From assembly GCA_009923445.1 (NCBI GenBank), contig RFTN01000002.1, positions 38,436 to 102,435 of the forward strand: a stretch of 64,000 bases of DNA, written 5' to 3'. This DNA is from a bacterium (GTDB taxonomy: Bacteria; Patescibacteriota; Saccharimonadia; Saccharimonadales; SZUA-47). Made by a program: the position numbers and the translations under genes. Shown piece after piece: positions 1-9,987 of this stretch; positions within the stretch are counted from its first letter, which is position 1, and each line of letters starts with the position of its first letter. Under the pieces are notes generated by a model. The model did no database searches and was not told where the DNA came from. It saw only the letters and a list, made by a program, of their open reading frames with translations.

Positions 1-628
1 AGTATTCACGATATACGTTCTGGCCCGCAACATGAAGCGGTGGCTGCATATCTACTTTCCCATTAGTCCACGTTACGGGTGCAGGTCGATGAGAAAAATT
101 TCGGTGAGTGAATGGTAGCCTAAACGTTGAATCTGCCCTTGATTTAGCTACCATGTTACTTATCCAACTCAAAACTGGTCCTTGTATATCATCTGCAGCA
201 ATTCCTGTAGGCAATTTGGTTATACCAAGAGTAAGATCAGGGTGTAAGGTAGGATCAGGAGCTTCTTCTTCAATCGAAACTATAGCTTGGTTGATAGCAT
301 TTAAAGCGCGAACAATTACTGGACATGTCCTGCCGTATCCATCCGAGAATAAAGTTTCTACCATGACCCCAGCCTTAAATGGTTTGCTCTGGTACTGATA
401 CTGAATGGGCGCACCATATGTTTTATCAGACCTAACGCGGTCTATTGCACGTTCAAGTCCGTTTGTTGCAATGTATTTTTCAGAATTATGAGATATTAGG
501 TTGTAAACAAATTGACGATAGCTATCGATTGATTGCCTAGCAATATACAGTACAAGCCCGTCATCGCAAACGCTCTCTGGACCATCTGGAGATAAATATC
601 CTGCTGGAGCATCTACATGTTCACTCAT
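1..628 (-). CDS. hypothetical protein, C-terminal part cut by the window edge (about 209 N-terminal codons present)
   Basis: My translation of the minus strand from ATG 628..626 (MSEHVDAPAGYLSPDG...) reaches position 1 without a stop. It is missing from the track because it has no stop in the window. It is longer than the overlapping + ORF 108..398. Confidence 0.55.
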   Translation of the reverse strand, partial: MSEHVDAPAGYLSPDGPESVCDDGLVLYIARQSIDSYRQFVYNLISHNSEKYIATNGLERAIDRVRSDKTYGAPIQYQYQSKPFKAGVMVETLFSDGYGRTCPVIVRALNAINQAIVSIEEEAPDPTLHPDLTLGITKLPTGIAADDIQGPVLSWISNMVAKSRADSTFRLPFTHRNFSHRPAPVTWTNGKVDMQPPLHVAGQNVYREY

Positions 629-795
629 AAGTATATTATACAATTAAACATTCATTTTTTGAAGCTTGTACTACAAACAATAGTGTACGTCGTTTAATCC
701 TTAATGCATTCATCAGCAATAATTCACTATAAACTTATAAACTATACTTTCTAGGTACAATGGGGGGTTTAAAAACTAGTTAGAGCTAGATGAAT

Positions 796-1323
796 CTAGG
801 CGGATTTTGCTTTTGCAGCAGCGACCTTAACAGTGTACTGATTCCTAACTTGAAATAGTAGGTATAGACCCACGGCTGAGCCTATAAGCGAAAAGAACAA
901 TGACTCAAAACCGCCCCTGCTGGTAAAAGCTGAAAATACGCCGTACACAACATTAACAAGTGCTGCCAAAAATACGAGATCCCAGCCCTTTTTTAAGCCA
1001 GATTTAAGACCTGAATATGCCCAAAGTAACAACACGGCCTGAATTACAAGAAAAATTAAACTAAGCCAATAAAATAAACCTAATCTTTCTGCTGAAGTTT
1101 CCACGCCAAAAGCATTAGAATAGTTGTTAATGGTTTGGATTACGCGGTCAGCGTTACGGCCCCACGCAAAAAGCCCCCATGCTACAACTAGCTGTACTAT
1201 GCCAACTATTGGCGCAGCCCACTGCAACCACCCGGCAAGAAGTTTTTGCGTACTTAGCGGTAGAGAAGGTACATCTTTAAACACATCTGCCATTTTTAAT
1301 TCAACTTTTTTTAATAGATCCAT
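796..1323 (-). CDS. hypothetical integral membrane protein (several hydrophobic helices)
   Basis: 175-aa ORF with long hydrophobic stretches (WLQWAAPIVGIVQLVVAWGLFAW, LFYWLSLIFLVIQAVLLLWAY, LVFLAALVNVVYGVF). A GAGGAG Shine-Dalgarno (SD) sequence lies upstream of the ATG. Confidence 0.6.
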   Translation of the reverse strand: MDLLKKVELKMADVFKDVPSLPLSTQKLLAGWLQWAAPIVGIVQLVVAWGLFAWGRNADRVIQTINNYSNAFGVETSAERLGLFYWLSLIFLVIQAVLLLWAYSGLKSGLKKGWDLVFLAALVNVVYGVFSAFTSRGGFESLFFSLIGSAVGLYLLFQVRNQYTVKVAAAKAKSA

Positions 1324-1423
1324 ACTTACAGACTCCTCATTATAGCTTTAGCATAGTCCTATGTCATTAAACGCGCAAGCAAGTACTTATAAGTGCTTAC
1401 TATATAGTTCACAGCTTTATTAA

Positions 1424-1453
1424 TTGACATAATACCTATTTATGTGTTATAAT
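1424..1453 (+). promoter_or_regulatory. sigma70-type promoter (TTGACA-18 nt-TATAAT) placed for a leaderless start at 1460
   Basis: TTGACA at 1424-1429 and TATAAT at 1448-1453. The ATG at 1460 lies 6 nt after the -10 box. Confidence 0.6.
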
Positions 1454-1459
1454 ATATTT

Positions 1460-2263
1460 ATGAACCGATCGGTGTCTTTGGTACTGGCTGTAACAACTTT
1501 TTTACTTGTTGCAATAACGAGTACGTTTGCTATAGCAAAATCAAACGTCTCGCCATTTAATAGCTACGCACCACCAGCTGAATATTCTCAGATCAGTGAA
1601 GCAAATGCCATAAGCAACAGTCGGGTAGGTACTTTCTTAGAAGATATCTTGTCTTACGAACCTAAGTTGCAGTTTTCGTATGCATCGTGGCAACCTGCAA
1701 TAAACAATACGAGTGAATCGACTCGTGCTAAAAAGGTAATTATAGAAGAATTATCTAAATATTCAGAGCAAACGCTGTCACGTATGGGTTTGAAAAAAGT
1801 ATACCTTGTGCAGCGCTTATATGTAGATGGAACGTTTCGGTCTGCTATGCCCGAGCCGCAATTTGATGATGCGCTATATTTTGACGTTAGCAGCAACTAT
1901 TTCGAAAGTGAAAATGGTACTTATATGCGCCGCACGGTGCATCACGAACTCAGTCATTTAATTGACTACAATTCGTTTGGCACATATAGACCGCAAGATA
2001 ACGACTGGTACAGATGTAACCCAATTAATCACACGTACGGAAACGGCGGAGCCTCTATGTACTCAGACGTTGCCTATGCGCACGCAGCTCACCCAAAACC
2101 CGGTTTTATAACGGGTTACGCTACAAGCGGTGTCGACGAAGACAGAGCAGAGGTATTTGCGCACTATATGACAAACAGAAATTATTTGTATGAGCTGGCG
2201 CAGAATGACGCTTCGTTGAGCTGTAAAGTTGCCCGGAGCGAACAGCTGTTAAGCAGATTGTAA
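1460..2263 (+). CDS. secreted/membrane-anchored HExxH protein (putative zinc metallopeptidase-like)
   Basis: N-terminal signal/anchor (MNRSVSLVLAVTTFLLVAITSTFA) and the HExxH motif in VHHELSHLID. I moved the start from the track's 1442 to ATG 1460 because 1442 lies inside the promoter. Confidence 0.5.
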   Translation: MNRSVSLVLAVTTFLLVAITSTFAIAKSNVSPFNSYAPPAEYSQISEANAISNSRVGTFLEDILSYEPKLQFSYASWQPAINNTSESTRAKKVIIEELSKYSEQTLSRMGLKKVYLVQRLYVDGTFRSAMPEPQFDDALYFDVSSNYFESENGTYMRRTVHHELSHLIDYNSFGTYRPQDNDWYRCNPINHTYGNGGASMYSDVAYAHAAHPKPGFITGYATSGVDEDRAEVFAHYMTNRNYLYELAQNDASLSCKVARSEQLLSRL

Positions 2264-2857
2264 AAGTTCTATATTTACATCATGTAGGCCACTGAAACCG
2301 GCAGCATTAACAATGGCTATATTTGCTTGCTGAGAATGTATGGCGTTTTCAACTACCGGTACGGGCACTATCTCAAATTGTGTCATTTTTTGTTGCAAAC
2401 ACTGTAAACTATCTTGAAAATACATAAGCCAATGCATCGAGCGCTCAGGTTTTTTTGCTTTTTCTCTGGCATCTTCTGTAGTTAACGTTCTTACAATACG
2501 AGCCATATTTTTAACGGTTATACCTAAATCTGACAATACTGCAGATTCGTCTAAGAATGTCACCATAACATCAACAGGCGGAATTAATGCAAAATCATAT
2601 TTACTATGCTCAGCGCTACTAAGGACACTATTATGGCGACAACGTGCCATTGGTATTAAATTATGCCTATCATCATGAAATGTTTTTACAAGTAAGCCAC
2701 TCGACGCAAACTTGCCAAACGGATGATACAGATGATGCCAATCTGTAAAACAACGACCCTGATTTTTAGCTATTGGACATTGTTCGCCGACACAGTCGCG
2801 CGTAATTGGAAGCCTGACCAACCCCGACTTATAGGTACGGGCTGGTCGAAGCTTCAT
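2249..2857 (-). CDS. hypothetical protein
   Basis: 202-aa ORF with no motif I can name. Its 3' end overlaps the convergent gene 1460..2263 by 15 nt. Confidence 0.45.
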   Translation of the reverse strand: MKLRPARTYKSGLVRLPITRDCVGEQCPIAKNQGRCFTDWHHLYHPFGKFASSGLLVKTFHDDRHNLIPMARCRHNSVLSSAEHSKYDFALIPPVDVMVTFLDESAVLSDLGITVKNMARIVRTLTTEDAREKAKKPERSMHWLMYFQDSLQCLQQKMTQFEIVPVPVVENAIHSQQANIAIVNAAGFSGLHDVNIELLQSA

Positions 2858-2949
2858 GGATTTGCTACTATTTTTTTATTTATAACCATTATTCAAGTTA
2901 TACCACAAGCAGTATAAGGGTGACATTGTAAAAACATCTACACTCGAAA

Positions 2950-3927
2950 CTACAAAATTAGCATTGCATCTCCAAAGCTATAGAATCTATATTTTTCTGC
3001 GATAGCATGGTTATAGATACGCTTAAGTTCGGGCTCGCTACCCACAAAAGATTCTACAAGTAACAATAAACTGGTACCGGGTAAGTGAAAATTAGTTACG
3101 AGCGAGTCAACGGCACGCCATTTATACCCAGGCTGAATCAATATATCGGTACTACTAAAATTTGCACAAAAGCCTTGTGTTGTTTTGTTACTTTCGAGCG
3201 TTCTGACTGACGTTGTACCGATAGCCGTTATGTGCCGAGCCATATTTAAAACCTGCGCGGCTTTTTCTGATATTTCGTAGCGCTCACTATGCAGTGATCC
3301 GCTTTTTAACTGTCGTTCGGTCAAGGGCGCAAAAGTGCCAAGCCCAACGTGTAAGGTAACCTCTATAAGGTTATGCGACTGTTGTAATTTCACTAAAAGT
3401 TCTTTCGTAAAATGCAGTCCCGCGGTAGGTGCCGCCTTACTGCCAAGCGGTTTTGCATACACAGTCTGATACTCATCACTCAGTTTATCGTTTTGGGGAA
3501 TATACGGAGGCAGGGGAACATGCTCAAAATTTTGTAGCCTTTCATCATCATGTGACACACTAAGCTTTAGGGTACGTATACCATCACCATCAACCGCCAA
3601 AACCTCAACATCGAGCCAAGATGTTAATTGAGTAGTCATACCTAGTTTAAATTTATTACCCTTTCGAACCATGGCTCGAATAGTGTGAGTATCTAACTTA
3701 TCAAGCACAAAAAGCTCTATACCGCCGTCAAAAAGCCATCGACAATGCTCAACCTTACTGTTGTTTACGACAATTGTTGAGTTTTTAGGTAAATACAGAC
3801 CAATGTTGTAAAAATAATCATCAGTAATTGTGCGGGATTTTCTGTCATACACCAATAACCTCGCACGGTCACGAGGCTGTACTGGCTCAGTGGCAATTAA
3901 ATCTTTTGGTAAGTTAAAGTCTATCAC
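2950..3927 (-). CDS. queA: S-adenosylmethionine:tRNA ribosyltransferase-isomerase
   Basis: Full-length QueA hallmarks: PLPPYI, QTVYA...APTAGLHFT, TLHVGLGTF, AIGTTSVRTLES, VTNFHLPGTSLL, EKYRFYSFGDAMLI. GTG start. Confidence 0.9.
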   Translation of the reverse strand: MIDFNLPKDLIATEPVQPRDRARLLVYDRKSRTITDDYFYNIGLYLPKNSTIVVNNSKVEHCRWLFDGGIELFVLDKLDTHTIRAMVRKGNKFKLGMTTQLTSWLDVEVLAVDGDGIRTLKLSVSHDDERLQNFEHVPLPPYIPQNDKLSDEYQTVYAKPLGSKAAPTAGLHFTKELLVKLQQSHNLIEVTLHVGLGTFAPLTERQLKSGSLHSERYEISEKAAQVLNMARHITAIGTTSVRTLESNKTTQGFCANFSSTDILIQPGYKWRAVDSLVTNFHLPGTSLLLLVESFVGSEPELKRIYNHAIAEKYRFYSFGDAMLIL

Positions 3928-3953
3928 TACAAACTCTAGTATACTTTATACAG

Positions 3954-6900
3954 ATGGGGTTTACTGAATCATACCAAAAACTTAATAGCGCCCAGCGTGC
4001 TGCGGTCGATACAATACAGGGCCCACTTTTGGTAGTGGCCGGACCCGGAACCGGTAAAACGCAATTACTAGCAACACGCATAGCTAATATACTTAAACTA
4101 ACCGATACTCCAGCACAAAACATATTGTGCCTAACGTTTACAGAATCTGCTGCACTCAATATGCAGGAACGACTTATGGAGATGATAGGCAATGATGCCT
4201 ACGACGTAAAAATTAGCACATACCATAGTTTTGGTAGTGACATCATACGTACGTACCCCGAATATTTTGAATCACTCAACATAGACACGAATGAAGAAAG
4301 TCGTCTTGAGCGCCCTATTGATGAGCTTGCAAAACATCAAATAGTACTCAATATTGTTAAGCTGCTACCATATGACAACCCACTTAAAAGTACGCAGTAT
4401 CACGTAGGTGATCTTATAAACACAATTAGTGAGCTCAAAAGAGGATTATTGGGACCCAAAGAACTACGCACTCTAGCCGCAAGTAACTTAAAAACCATTG
4501 AGTCTGTATCACCAATTGTAAATAAGTCATTGGTGGGCATTACTAAAATGCCCACAAAATTCGATACATCACTGCAATTATTTATGCCCATTCATAAAAT
4601 ACTGGCTACACTACAAACCGAATTAGCAAAACTTGGATACCTAGAGCTTGAAGAAGCAGTGCAGCAGGCACAAGAACTACAAAAATCTGCACCACTTACC
4701 AAATGGAAAAACAAATGGCTACATAAAACTGCTAGTAACACATGGAGCTTTACGGACCCAAAATTGAGTCATAAACTCACAGCTTTAGCAGGTGTGCTCG
4801 AAGCCTACACGATCGAGCTGAACAAGCGTGGTTTATACGATTTTGACGACATGATCTTGCGGGCAATAGCCGCAATGAAGCAAAACGACGAACTTAGGTA
4901 TAATCTACAAGAAAAATATCTTTATGTATTATTAGATGAATTTCAAGACACAAACGCTGCACAATTTGAACTAGTAAAGCAGCTAACAAATAACCCAATT
5001 AGTGAAGGGCGTCCAAATGTGATGGCGGTTGGCGATGACGATCAAGCAATATTTGCTTTTCAGGGCGCCGAAGTAGGTAACATTGTAGAATTTGTACGTA
5101 GCTACACAGATGTTACGATCATTAATCTCACACAAAACTATCGTTCGCATGGTGACATAATTTTTACTGCCCAACAGGTGAGTGGTCAAATTAAGACAGG
5201 GCTGAATCAAACAATTTTAAGCGGCAAAAAAACTCTGCAGGCAGGTGCAACCACATTACCACCAGGCGCACAGCTTGGTCGTTATCAATTTGTAGACCGC
5301 CCAAACGAATACACTTGGGTTGCGAACCAAATTGCCGAGCTTGCAAGGGCAGGCGAGAACCTGAATGATATTGCCGTACTTGCGCCTCGTCATAAATATC
5401 TCGAAGCAATAGTTCCTTTTTTGAACAATCAAGGAATTGCCGTCTCTTACGAAAAGCGAGAGAATATACTTCAAGCACCTATTGTACAACAGCTAAAAAC
5501 CATGTCCGAGCTAGTGCTGTCACTGCATCAACAAGACCATAAACTTGCAGCCTACTATTTTGCTATAGTTCTGTCGCATCCATCCTGGAACGTACCAATT
5601 GACGCTATTTGGCGTGTCAACTGGAAAGCAGGAACAGACACAGATAATAAACCTTGGCTCGAGGTAGCCCTAGACAATAAAGAAATACGGCAATGGGTGC
5701 TGTTTTTTATGACCTTAGCCGGCTTAGTTACTACAACACCGCTTGAAAAAATTTTGGACTACTTGACCGGTTCTGAACCGCTACAGGTTGGTTCTATACA
5801 AATTACTTCACCAATAAAAGATTATTTCTTTGATACCGAACAGCGCACATCTAAACCGCAGAACTTTTTTGAAACACTCACTCAATTGTCTGTTATACGC
5901 GAGAAGTTGAGGGACTACCAAATTACTCAAGAACATATGCTCATGCTGAGTGATTTTGTGTTATTTTTTGCTATGTACGATGCAGCCGAACAGCCGCTAC
6001 TTAATACACACCCGGTGTCACAAAGCGACAATGCAGTACAGTTAATGACAACCTATAAGGCAAAAGGTCTTGAGTTCGGGCATGTTTTTTTGCTGAGTTT
6101 ACACGACAGCGTGTGGGGCCCTTCTGCACAAGGCAACAATAACAAACTAGCCTTGCCGCCTAACTTAAAACATATACGTTATGCGGGTAGCAATGAAGAC
6201 GAGTTACTACGACTGTTTTTTGTCGCCATCACCCGAGCCAAAACAGGACTGTACTTAACTTCACACGAGCGTGCCGAAAATGGCAAAAAAATTATTCCCC
6301 TAAAATTTTTGTTAGAGATACCCAATGACCAAACATTTACTACTGGTATATTACCAACAAAATTTCAGCAAGTTGTGGACGTTTCTGCATTACCCATGCA
6401 GCTATACCAGCAAGCTATTGAACTGCAATGGCATGCGCCGCATAGTATAATTACTCCTACACTTAAATCTTTGCTAAAAAAGCGCCTAGACCGCTATGCA
6501 ATGAGTCCAACCCACGTGAATACGTTTATAGACTTGCAGTACGGTGGACCGGTAACATTTTTACTCAATACGCTACTTCGTTTTCCTAAAGCCCCAACAA
6601 ATGATGGTGTATTTGGCAACGTTATGCATGAGGTACTCGACTGGTACTGCAGGCAGTTAACAAAACCAAACCAAACTGAATTACTCAAATATTTGCAACT
6701 GCGACTACGGCACTACTTTAAAGATGCTGTCGAGTTGGACTTACTGCTACAACGTGGTACAAAAGCTTTACAAGCATTTATAGCACAACGGGGTCAAACC
6801 ATAGGCGTTCATGACATTAGTGAGCATAATTTTGCTGACGAAGGTGTGGTTGTTAATGATGTTCATTTAAGTGGTCGAATTGACCGAATGATAGTCGATA

Positions 6901-7268
6901 AAAAAACCAAAACAATCAAAGTTGTTGACTATAAAACAGGTGAAAGCTTTACGTCGTGGAAGCACACCATTAAGCTACTAAAATATCGTCAACAACTATG
7001 TATATATAAACTTCTTATTGAGGCTTCGCACACCTACAGGGGCTACACGGTAACCGAAGGCATACTAGAATTCGTTGAACCAGATGAAGACGGCACGTGC
7101 AGAGCATTGACCATGGAGTTTAGTGCTGATGAAATGAACGAAACAAAACGCTTAGTTACTGCGATATGGCATAAAATTCACACTCTCGATTTACCAGATG
7201 TGAGTGGATACGATAAGACATATGCGGGTGTACAAAATTTCATAAAAGACTTAGTAACTAATAATTAA
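3954..7268 (+). CDS. UvrD/Rep/PcrA-family superfamily 1 (SF1) helicase with C-terminal PD-(D/E)xK-type nuclease domain (AddA-like architecture)
   Basis: Walker A AGPGTGKTQ, DEFQDTN, QNYRS, TYKAKGLEF. The C-terminus has GRIDRMIVDKK...VVDYKTG, typical of RecB-like nuclease motifs. Confidence 0.85.
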   Translation: MGFTESYQKLNSAQRAAVDTIQGPLLVVAGPGTGKTQLLATRIANILKLTDTPAQNILCLTFTESAALNMQERLMEMIGNDAYDVKISTYHSFGSDIIRTYPEYFESLNIDTNEESRLERPIDELAKHQIVLNIVKLLPYDNPLKSTQYHVGDLINTISELKRGLLGPKELRTLAASNLKTIESVSPIVNKSLVGITKMPTKFDTSLQLFMPIHKILATLQTELAKLGYLELEEAVQQAQELQKSAPLTKWKNKWLHKTASNTWSFTDPKLSHKLTALAGVLEAYTIELNKRGLYDFDDMILRAIAAMKQNDELRYNLQEKYLYVLLDEFQDTNAAQFELVKQLTNNPISEGRPNVMAVGDDDQAIFAFQGAEVGNIVEFVRSYTDVTIINLTQNYRSHGDIIFTAQQVSGQIKTGLNQTILSGKKTLQAGATTLPPGAQLGRYQFVDRPNEYTWVANQIAELARAGENLNDIAVLAPRHKYLEAIVPFLNNQGIAVSYEKRENILQAPIVQQLKTMSELVLSLHQQDHKLAAYYFAIVLSHPSWNVPIDAIWRVNWKAGTDTDNKPWLEVALDNKEIRQWVLFFMTLAGLVTTTPLEKILDYLTGSEPLQVGSIQITSPIKDYFFDTEQRTSKPQNFFETLTQLSVIREKLRDYQITQEHMLMLSDFVLFFAMYDAAEQPLLNTHPVSQSDNAVQLMTTYKAKGLEFGHVFLLSLHDSVWGPSAQGNNNKLALPPNLKHIRYAGSNEDELLRLFFVAITRAKTGLYLTSHERAENGKKIIPLKFLLEIPNDQTFTTGILPTKFQQVVDVSALPMQLYQQAIELQWHAPHSIITPTLKSLLKKRLDRYAMSPTHVNTFIDLQYGGPVTFLLNTLLRFPKAPTNDGVFGNVMHEVLDWYCRQLTKPNQTELLKYLQLRLRHYFKDAVELDLLLQRGTKALQAFIAQRGQTIGVHDISEHNFADEGVVVNDVHLSGRIDRMIVDKKTKTIKVVDYKTGESFTSWKHTIKLLKYRQQLCIYKLLIEASHTYRGYTVTEGILEFVEPDEDGTCRALTMEFSADEMNETKRLVTAIWHKIHTLDLPDVSGYDKTYAGVQNFIKDLVTNN

Positions 7269-7407
7269 AGACTAACATCTGCATATATTTGCAGGTACAC
7301 TTATTGTTTTGTTCACGTAACACGCATTGTGTTAGTGGCATTACTTATTTTTATAAGCGATGCCTCAACCTTTTTTTAACGAAAAACGTAACAAAATACT
7401 ATTAGCG

Positions 7408-8109
7408 CTATTTTTTCTTTTTTGACTTTGCAACTTTTTTAGCAGGTGCTGGTTCCATGGCTTTTGATTGTGCTTTAAGCTCGGATTCTGGTGCTAAAAA
7501 TAAGTCGTACAAGTTCATACCCAAAACGGCACCCAGTATAGGGGCAGCTAAATAGGTCAAGCTCCAGCTATTAAGACCTAGTGCAACAGCTGGGTTTAAA
7601 ATACCGTTGCTAGCTGTTGAAGCAATTATCGCACCGAGCATTAATGATGTACCAATAGCAAACGCTGCACGTAGCCCCTGTAGCTTTTGTGTAACAGCTG
7701 CAGCAACGCCAAAGCTAAACACTAGCGCACCTACGGCTTCGGCAACAAAAATACGCCATTCAAACGGCCCTGCAATGTTTTGCAATACATCATTTTGTAA
7801 GTACTGAAACAATCGGAGCGCCACTGCAGCACCAAGTAACTGAGCAGCAATGTAGACAATTGCTGTAGTTGTCTCTATTTTACGTAGTGTCCAAAGTCCA
7901 ATTGTTATCGCCGGGTTAACATGCGCTCCACTTACACGACCAATAGTTAGAACTATTGTAGTCAAAGTTAAGCCTGCTATTGCAGCAACAAACCATGTTT
8001 TGTTTACAATAACGTTACTGTTTACCTGAGCTAACACTGCACTTGTTAGTAGCGCTGTACCAAAAAATTCCGCAACAATTACGCTTATTTTACTTCGTGT
8101 CATAAACAT
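7408..8109 (-). CDS. MIP-family channel (aquaporin/glycerol facilitator)
   Basis: Two NPA boxes (SGAHVNPAITIG and GILNPAVALG), six hydrophobic helices and a Lys-rich C-terminal tail. Confidence 0.85.
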   Translation of the reverse strand: MFMTRSKISVIVAEFFGTALLTSAVLAQVNSNVIVNKTWFVAAIAGLTLTTIVLTIGRVSGAHVNPAITIGLWTLRKIETTTAIVYIAAQLLGAAVALRLFQYLQNDVLQNIAGPFEWRIFVAEAVGALVFSFGVAAAVTQKLQGLRAAFAIGTSLMLGAIIASTASNGILNPAVALGLNSWSLTYLAAPILGAVLGMNLYDLFLAPESELKAQSKAMEPAPAKKVAKSKKKK

Positions 8110-8213
8110 CTTTCGTATTTAGTTATGTGTTCATAATAGTACGAATCTACCCCATAGCGCAACAGCAGTGACAAATGCTGGAATTTTTACATTATATATG
8201 CTATAATATACAC

Positions 8214-8558
8214 ATGAAGACAGTCGAGAAACTACTTTGGACTACAGGAATTAGCGCACTTACGGCTGGTACCGCTTATAGTATCGCAACCTACGACGAA
8301 AATCAGACTTTTAATACAAATAAGCCAGCAGTAATCGTAGAGGTTAATCCAACGCGACAAGGACCGGGCTACTACATTAACGGTGTTTTTTATAATGACC
8401 CAATTGTACGGGCAAATTTAGAGCTTAAGCAGTGTACTGAGCAGAATTCCGAACTAAAAGGTTGCGAAACCTATGCGCTTACAATATTCGACAGTCAAGT
8501 TGCAAATTTTGCAGTTGGTGAAGTTGTAGTTGTCGAAAAAATTAGATCTCAAGATTAG
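8214..8558 (+). CDS. hypothetical membrane-anchored/secreted small protein
   Basis: ORF with an N-terminal hydrophobic segment (LLWTTGISALTAGTAYSIA). I moved the start to ATG 8214, which lies 6 nt after TGcTATAAT (8199-8207). Confidence 0.5.
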   Translation: MKTVEKLLWTTGISALTAGTAYSIATYDENQTFNTNKPAVIVEVNPTRQGPGYYINGVFYNDPIVRANLELKQCTEQNSELKGCETYALTIFDSQVANFAVGEVVVVEKIRSQD

Positions 8559-8559
8559 A

Positions 8560-9573
8560 TTATTCAATAACTGTCAGATACTGCGTGCCGTCAGGCACCA
8601 CTAACGCATGAGCTAATTGAAATAGTATGCCTGCTTGTACTTTTCTAGCTACTTCTAGGCTTGCCTCTGCAGGGTCAGGATTTACTGTCATTATTTCGGC
8701 TTTTTTAATTAATTGAGGGAAGGTAACAACAAAAGTTTGCTTACCTTTATTTGCAGATATAAAATCTTCTTTCCTAAGACTTACACCTTCTCGCAAAATA
8801 ACAGTAATTAAGTTTTCTTTGTGACCGTGTGCGGGATCGTCATGGTCCCCACCTTCAAGTGTTCTTACGAGTCCACCTCTTGCTATAGTTTCATTTATTC
8901 CTTTAGCACCGTTCCAGGTTTCAAAGCTTGAGCTTGCAGCAAATTCTGCAGATCTTCGCACTTGCTGAGCATATTCATTTACATCAAAATTAAAGCCTAA
9001 TTTTTCAGTAAAGTATTTTACTAAAGGCTGTAGTGCATCGCCGTTGCTACCAGCTGCAGCATAAATTTTTTGAGCGCCATCTAGCGAACCACAATGAGAT
9101 GCTTCGCCGTGTGCATGAGTATCGATATGCGCGCCCAAACGTCTATCTGCAGCGGTTAACGTATCGGCAATAGTTTTAAAAATTTTTTCATATGGTTTTC
9201 CCGGCAACTCAGAACCACTAATAACCTGCATACCCGCTGCCGCATTTACACTACCACCAAATAATTTCGGGCTAACTACCTGATCTTCGCCTGTGTTGGT
9301 TTTAACCAATTCTCGACCGTCACCGCAGCCAGTAGAGGAGCCTTTTTCAATTGGGGCTAGGTGGCTAACTAAACTTTTAGCTAGTTCACGGGCTTCATTA
9401 TAGCTTTTAATTTCGGCGCTAGCCTTACCACCACCTACACCTAGAGGATTTTCACTTATCGACAAAGTCACATTACCAATTAATTCGCTACCGCTGGCAA
9501 CTACTTCCGTTGTCATTGGTAGTGGTGCTTTGACAAATAGTTCAGCCATGCGGGCTCCTTCAGGATTATTCAT
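8560..9573 (-). CDS. hypothetical protein with Cys/His cluster (CGDGR ... HIDTHAHGEASHCG)
   Basis: 337-aa ORF with an AAGGAA SD upstream. I could not assign a family from the sequence alone. Confidence 0.55.
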   Translation of the reverse strand: MNNPEGARMAELFVKAPLPMTTEVVASGSELIGNVTLSISENPLGVGGGKASAEIKSYNEARELAKSLVSHLAPIEKGSSTGCGDGRELVKTNTGEDQVVSPKLFGGSVNAAAGMQVISGSELPGKPYEKIFKTIADTLTAADRRLGAHIDTHAHGEASHCGSLDGAQKIYAAAGSNGDALQPLVKYFTEKLGFNFDVNEYAQQVRRSAEFAASSSFETWNGAKGINETIARGGLVRTLEGGDHDDPAHGHKENLITVILREGVSLRKEDFISANKGKQTFVVTFPQLIKKAEIMTVNPDPAEASLEVARKVQAGILFQLAHALVVPDGTQYLTVIE

Positions 9574-9687
9574 TTTAGTTCCTTATATTTATAAAAATTA
9601 ATTATTTAAGTATATCATAATTTACTACTTCACCTATTTGTGAGCATTATCACTTCTATAAACTAATTTTTGTATTATTGTGTAAAT

Positions 9688-9987
9688 ATGACAATACTGG
9701 GATTATCCGAAGTGACAAATATAGATTTAGAGCTATTATCTTGTGTTACCAAAGAAACCCTAAACGCTTCCTTTAAAGAAATAGGATTGGCGGCGCCCGC
9801 TTTACTAGTAAGTATAAATAATGCGGCAAATAGATCAGTTGGCAATAGCCCTGAAAGAAAAGCTGATTTTGTTGCCGGCGCAACTGCCGTAGCAGGTATG
9901 ATGATCTGGCATTCAGCCGTTATTGGTATAGATGAGCTTACTTATGTTAATACTGAAACTTCTGAGCAACTGCAACTGTTTTACTAA
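9688..9987 (+). CDS. hypothetical small protein
   Basis: ORF read from ATG 9688 (MTILGLSEV...). Its 3' end overlaps ctaB by 4 nt. Coding status is uncertain. Confidence 0.35.
   Translation: MTILGLSEVTNIDLELLSCVTKETLNASFKEIGLAAPALLVSINNAANRSVGNSPERKADFVAGATAVAGMMIWHSAVIGIDELTYVNTETSEQLQLFY

Noticed and set aside
108-398. 96-aa + strand ORF from the track
   Set aside because: It lies entirely inside a longer (over 209 codons) uninterrupted minus-strand frame that starts at ATG 628 and has an AT-rich upstream region. It has no start context or motif of its own.
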